Of a DNA stretch of 64,000 nt, positions 63,181 to 64,000 are shown piece by piece. The stretch comes from Thermoanaerobaculia bacterium. GTDB lineage: Bacteria > Acidobacteriota > Thermoanaerobaculia > Multivoradales > Multivoraceae. A model generated the notes under the pieces. That model searched no databases, had not been told where the DNA came from, and saw nothing but the letters and a program-made list of their open reading frames with translations. The DNA is taken from positions 2,022,797 through 2,086,796 of the forward strand of contig OY762911.1 in assembly GCA_963666565.1 (NCBI GenBank), read 5' to 3'. Each line of letters begins with the position of its first letter. Within the stretch, counting starts at the first letter, position 1. The translations under genes were made by a program, and so were the position numbers.

Positions 63181-63280
63181 CCACATGGGTGCGCGCTTTC
63201 CCGGTAGAGGGAAAGCTGGCGCTCGCTTCGGTCGACTGCGCTCCGCCGCGTCGGCGGTCGATGGAAGGTCATTGGCAGTC

Positions 63281-63378
63281 GCTTGTCTTCAGCCCGCCGG
63301 GACCCTCCCCCCGGACTCCCGTCGCAGACTGGGCTGTGGTGGGCGTCGCTTGCCTCCAGCCCGCTGGGACCCTCCCTC
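63281..63378. repeat. About 30 bp direct repeat x2 (CGCTTGyCTyCAGCCCGCyGGGACCCTCCC)
   Basis: Direct repeats separated by about 36 bp. Confidence 0.5.
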
Positions 63379-63419
63379 CGCTCCCCGTCCGGGCTGGACG
63401 CCGGCTGGGTGCCTGGGTA

Positions 63420-63470
63420 CGCGGGCCGCTGGGTGCGCGGGTCTTCTGACCCGCCCCCCGGGGCGACGCC
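63420..63470. repeat. REP-like hairpin element
   Basis: GCTGGGTGCGCGGGTCTTCTGACCCGCC. Confidence 0.55.
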
Positions 63471-63549
63471 GCGGAGCGGCGGCGTCCAGGGAAGCGGCGA
63501 GGCGAAGCCTCGCTCCGAAATGGCGCCACATGAAACACTGCGGCGACTC

Positions 63550-64000
63550 ATGAACGGTCTCGCGCGCTGCTTCGCAACTGTCATGTTCCTGGCCACGGCC
63601 GCATTTGCGGAAGTGCGGCTGCTCGACACGCCGGCGGCGGACAGGAGCGGCAGCTATGCCCTGAACGCGGGGCCCGACGGCACGACCGTTCTCAGTTGGG
63701 TCGAGCCCCTGGACGACGGCGGCCACGCGCTACGGTTCGCCGAACTGCACGGAGACGAGTGGAGCGACCCGGCGACGGTGGCCTCGGGCGAAGGCTGGTT
63801 CGTCAACTGGATCGACCATCCGGCCGTCGCGCCCCTGGGCGGTGGCCGCGTGGTGGCGCACTGGCTGGTCCACGACCAGGACCGGGAGGGCGACTACGGC
63901 TACGGCATCCGCTTGGCGTTCTCGGACGACCGGGGCGCCACCTGGCGAGAGGCGTTTCGGGCAAGCGGCGAAGGCGCTGACGGTTACGCCGGGTTCGTCG
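63550..64000 (+). CDS. BNR/Asp-box repeat (sialidase-like) protein, 3' end outside window
   Basis: Signal peptide; Asp-box SDDRGATW; the ORF is open to the window end; start coordinate approximate. Confidence 0.45.
   Translation, partial: MNGLARCFATVMFLATAAFAEVRLLDTPAADRSGSYALNAGPDGTTVLSWVEPLDDGGHALRFAELHGDEWSDPATVASGEGWFVNWIDHPAVAPLGGGRVVAHWLVHDQDREGDYGYGIRLAFSDDRGATWREAFRASGEGADGYAGFV

Overview
High-GC (about 68-72 percent) bacterial chromosomal segment, densely coding on both strands. No rRNA, tRNA, CRISPR array, transposase or integrase is recognisable. Most genes are housekeeping or accessory metabolism typical of a high-GC environmental bacterium: photolyase, GST, dienelactone hydrolase, a GMC oxidoreductase with a TAT small subunit, three TAT-signal Gfo/Idh/MocA oxidoreductases, a PmoA-family protein, a sulfatase with its formylglycine-generating enzyme, an Old-Yellow-Enzyme flavoprotein, two TonB-dependent receptors, a partial sugar ABC transporter, fused isobutyryl-CoA mutase IcmF, acyl-CoA synthetase, a 2-hydroxyacid dehydrogenase, S41 peptidase, ManA, and XdhC/MocA molybdoenzyme maturation genes. 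Three things stand out. First, a roughly 9.3 kb lower-GC, minus-strand accessory cluster (39.8-49.1 kb) sits next to a large LuxR-family (LAL/MalT-like) regulator. It encodes three secreted multidomain proteins: an alkaline phosphatase fusion, an alpha/beta-hydrolase with thrombospondin-3 repeats, and a CARDB protein. All three carry the same roughly 113-114 aa four-cysteine domain, which I cannot assign to a known family, and it is also visible as about 340 bp dispersed DNA repeats. The same cluster holds two paralogous coiled-coil proteins with a shared C-terminal domain and a shared upstream DNA motif. Second, there are small toxin-antitoxin/defence-like islets: a VapBC pair next to a membrane-anchored GIY-YIG-like gene; a Phd antitoxin with a decayed toxin next to a dCTP-deaminase-like/TM fusion that has a degenerate partial duplicate, followed by GNAT and Fic genes; and an orphan VapB-like antitoxin. 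Third, a genome-specific REP-like hairpin repeat family (core GCGGGTC-GGAA-GACCCGC) sits at a dozen or more intergenic junctions, often as inverted or tandem pairs, and one copy appears to lie inside a coding region. Coordinates that I derived by counting sequence lines rather than from the ORF track may be off by 1-2 nt.
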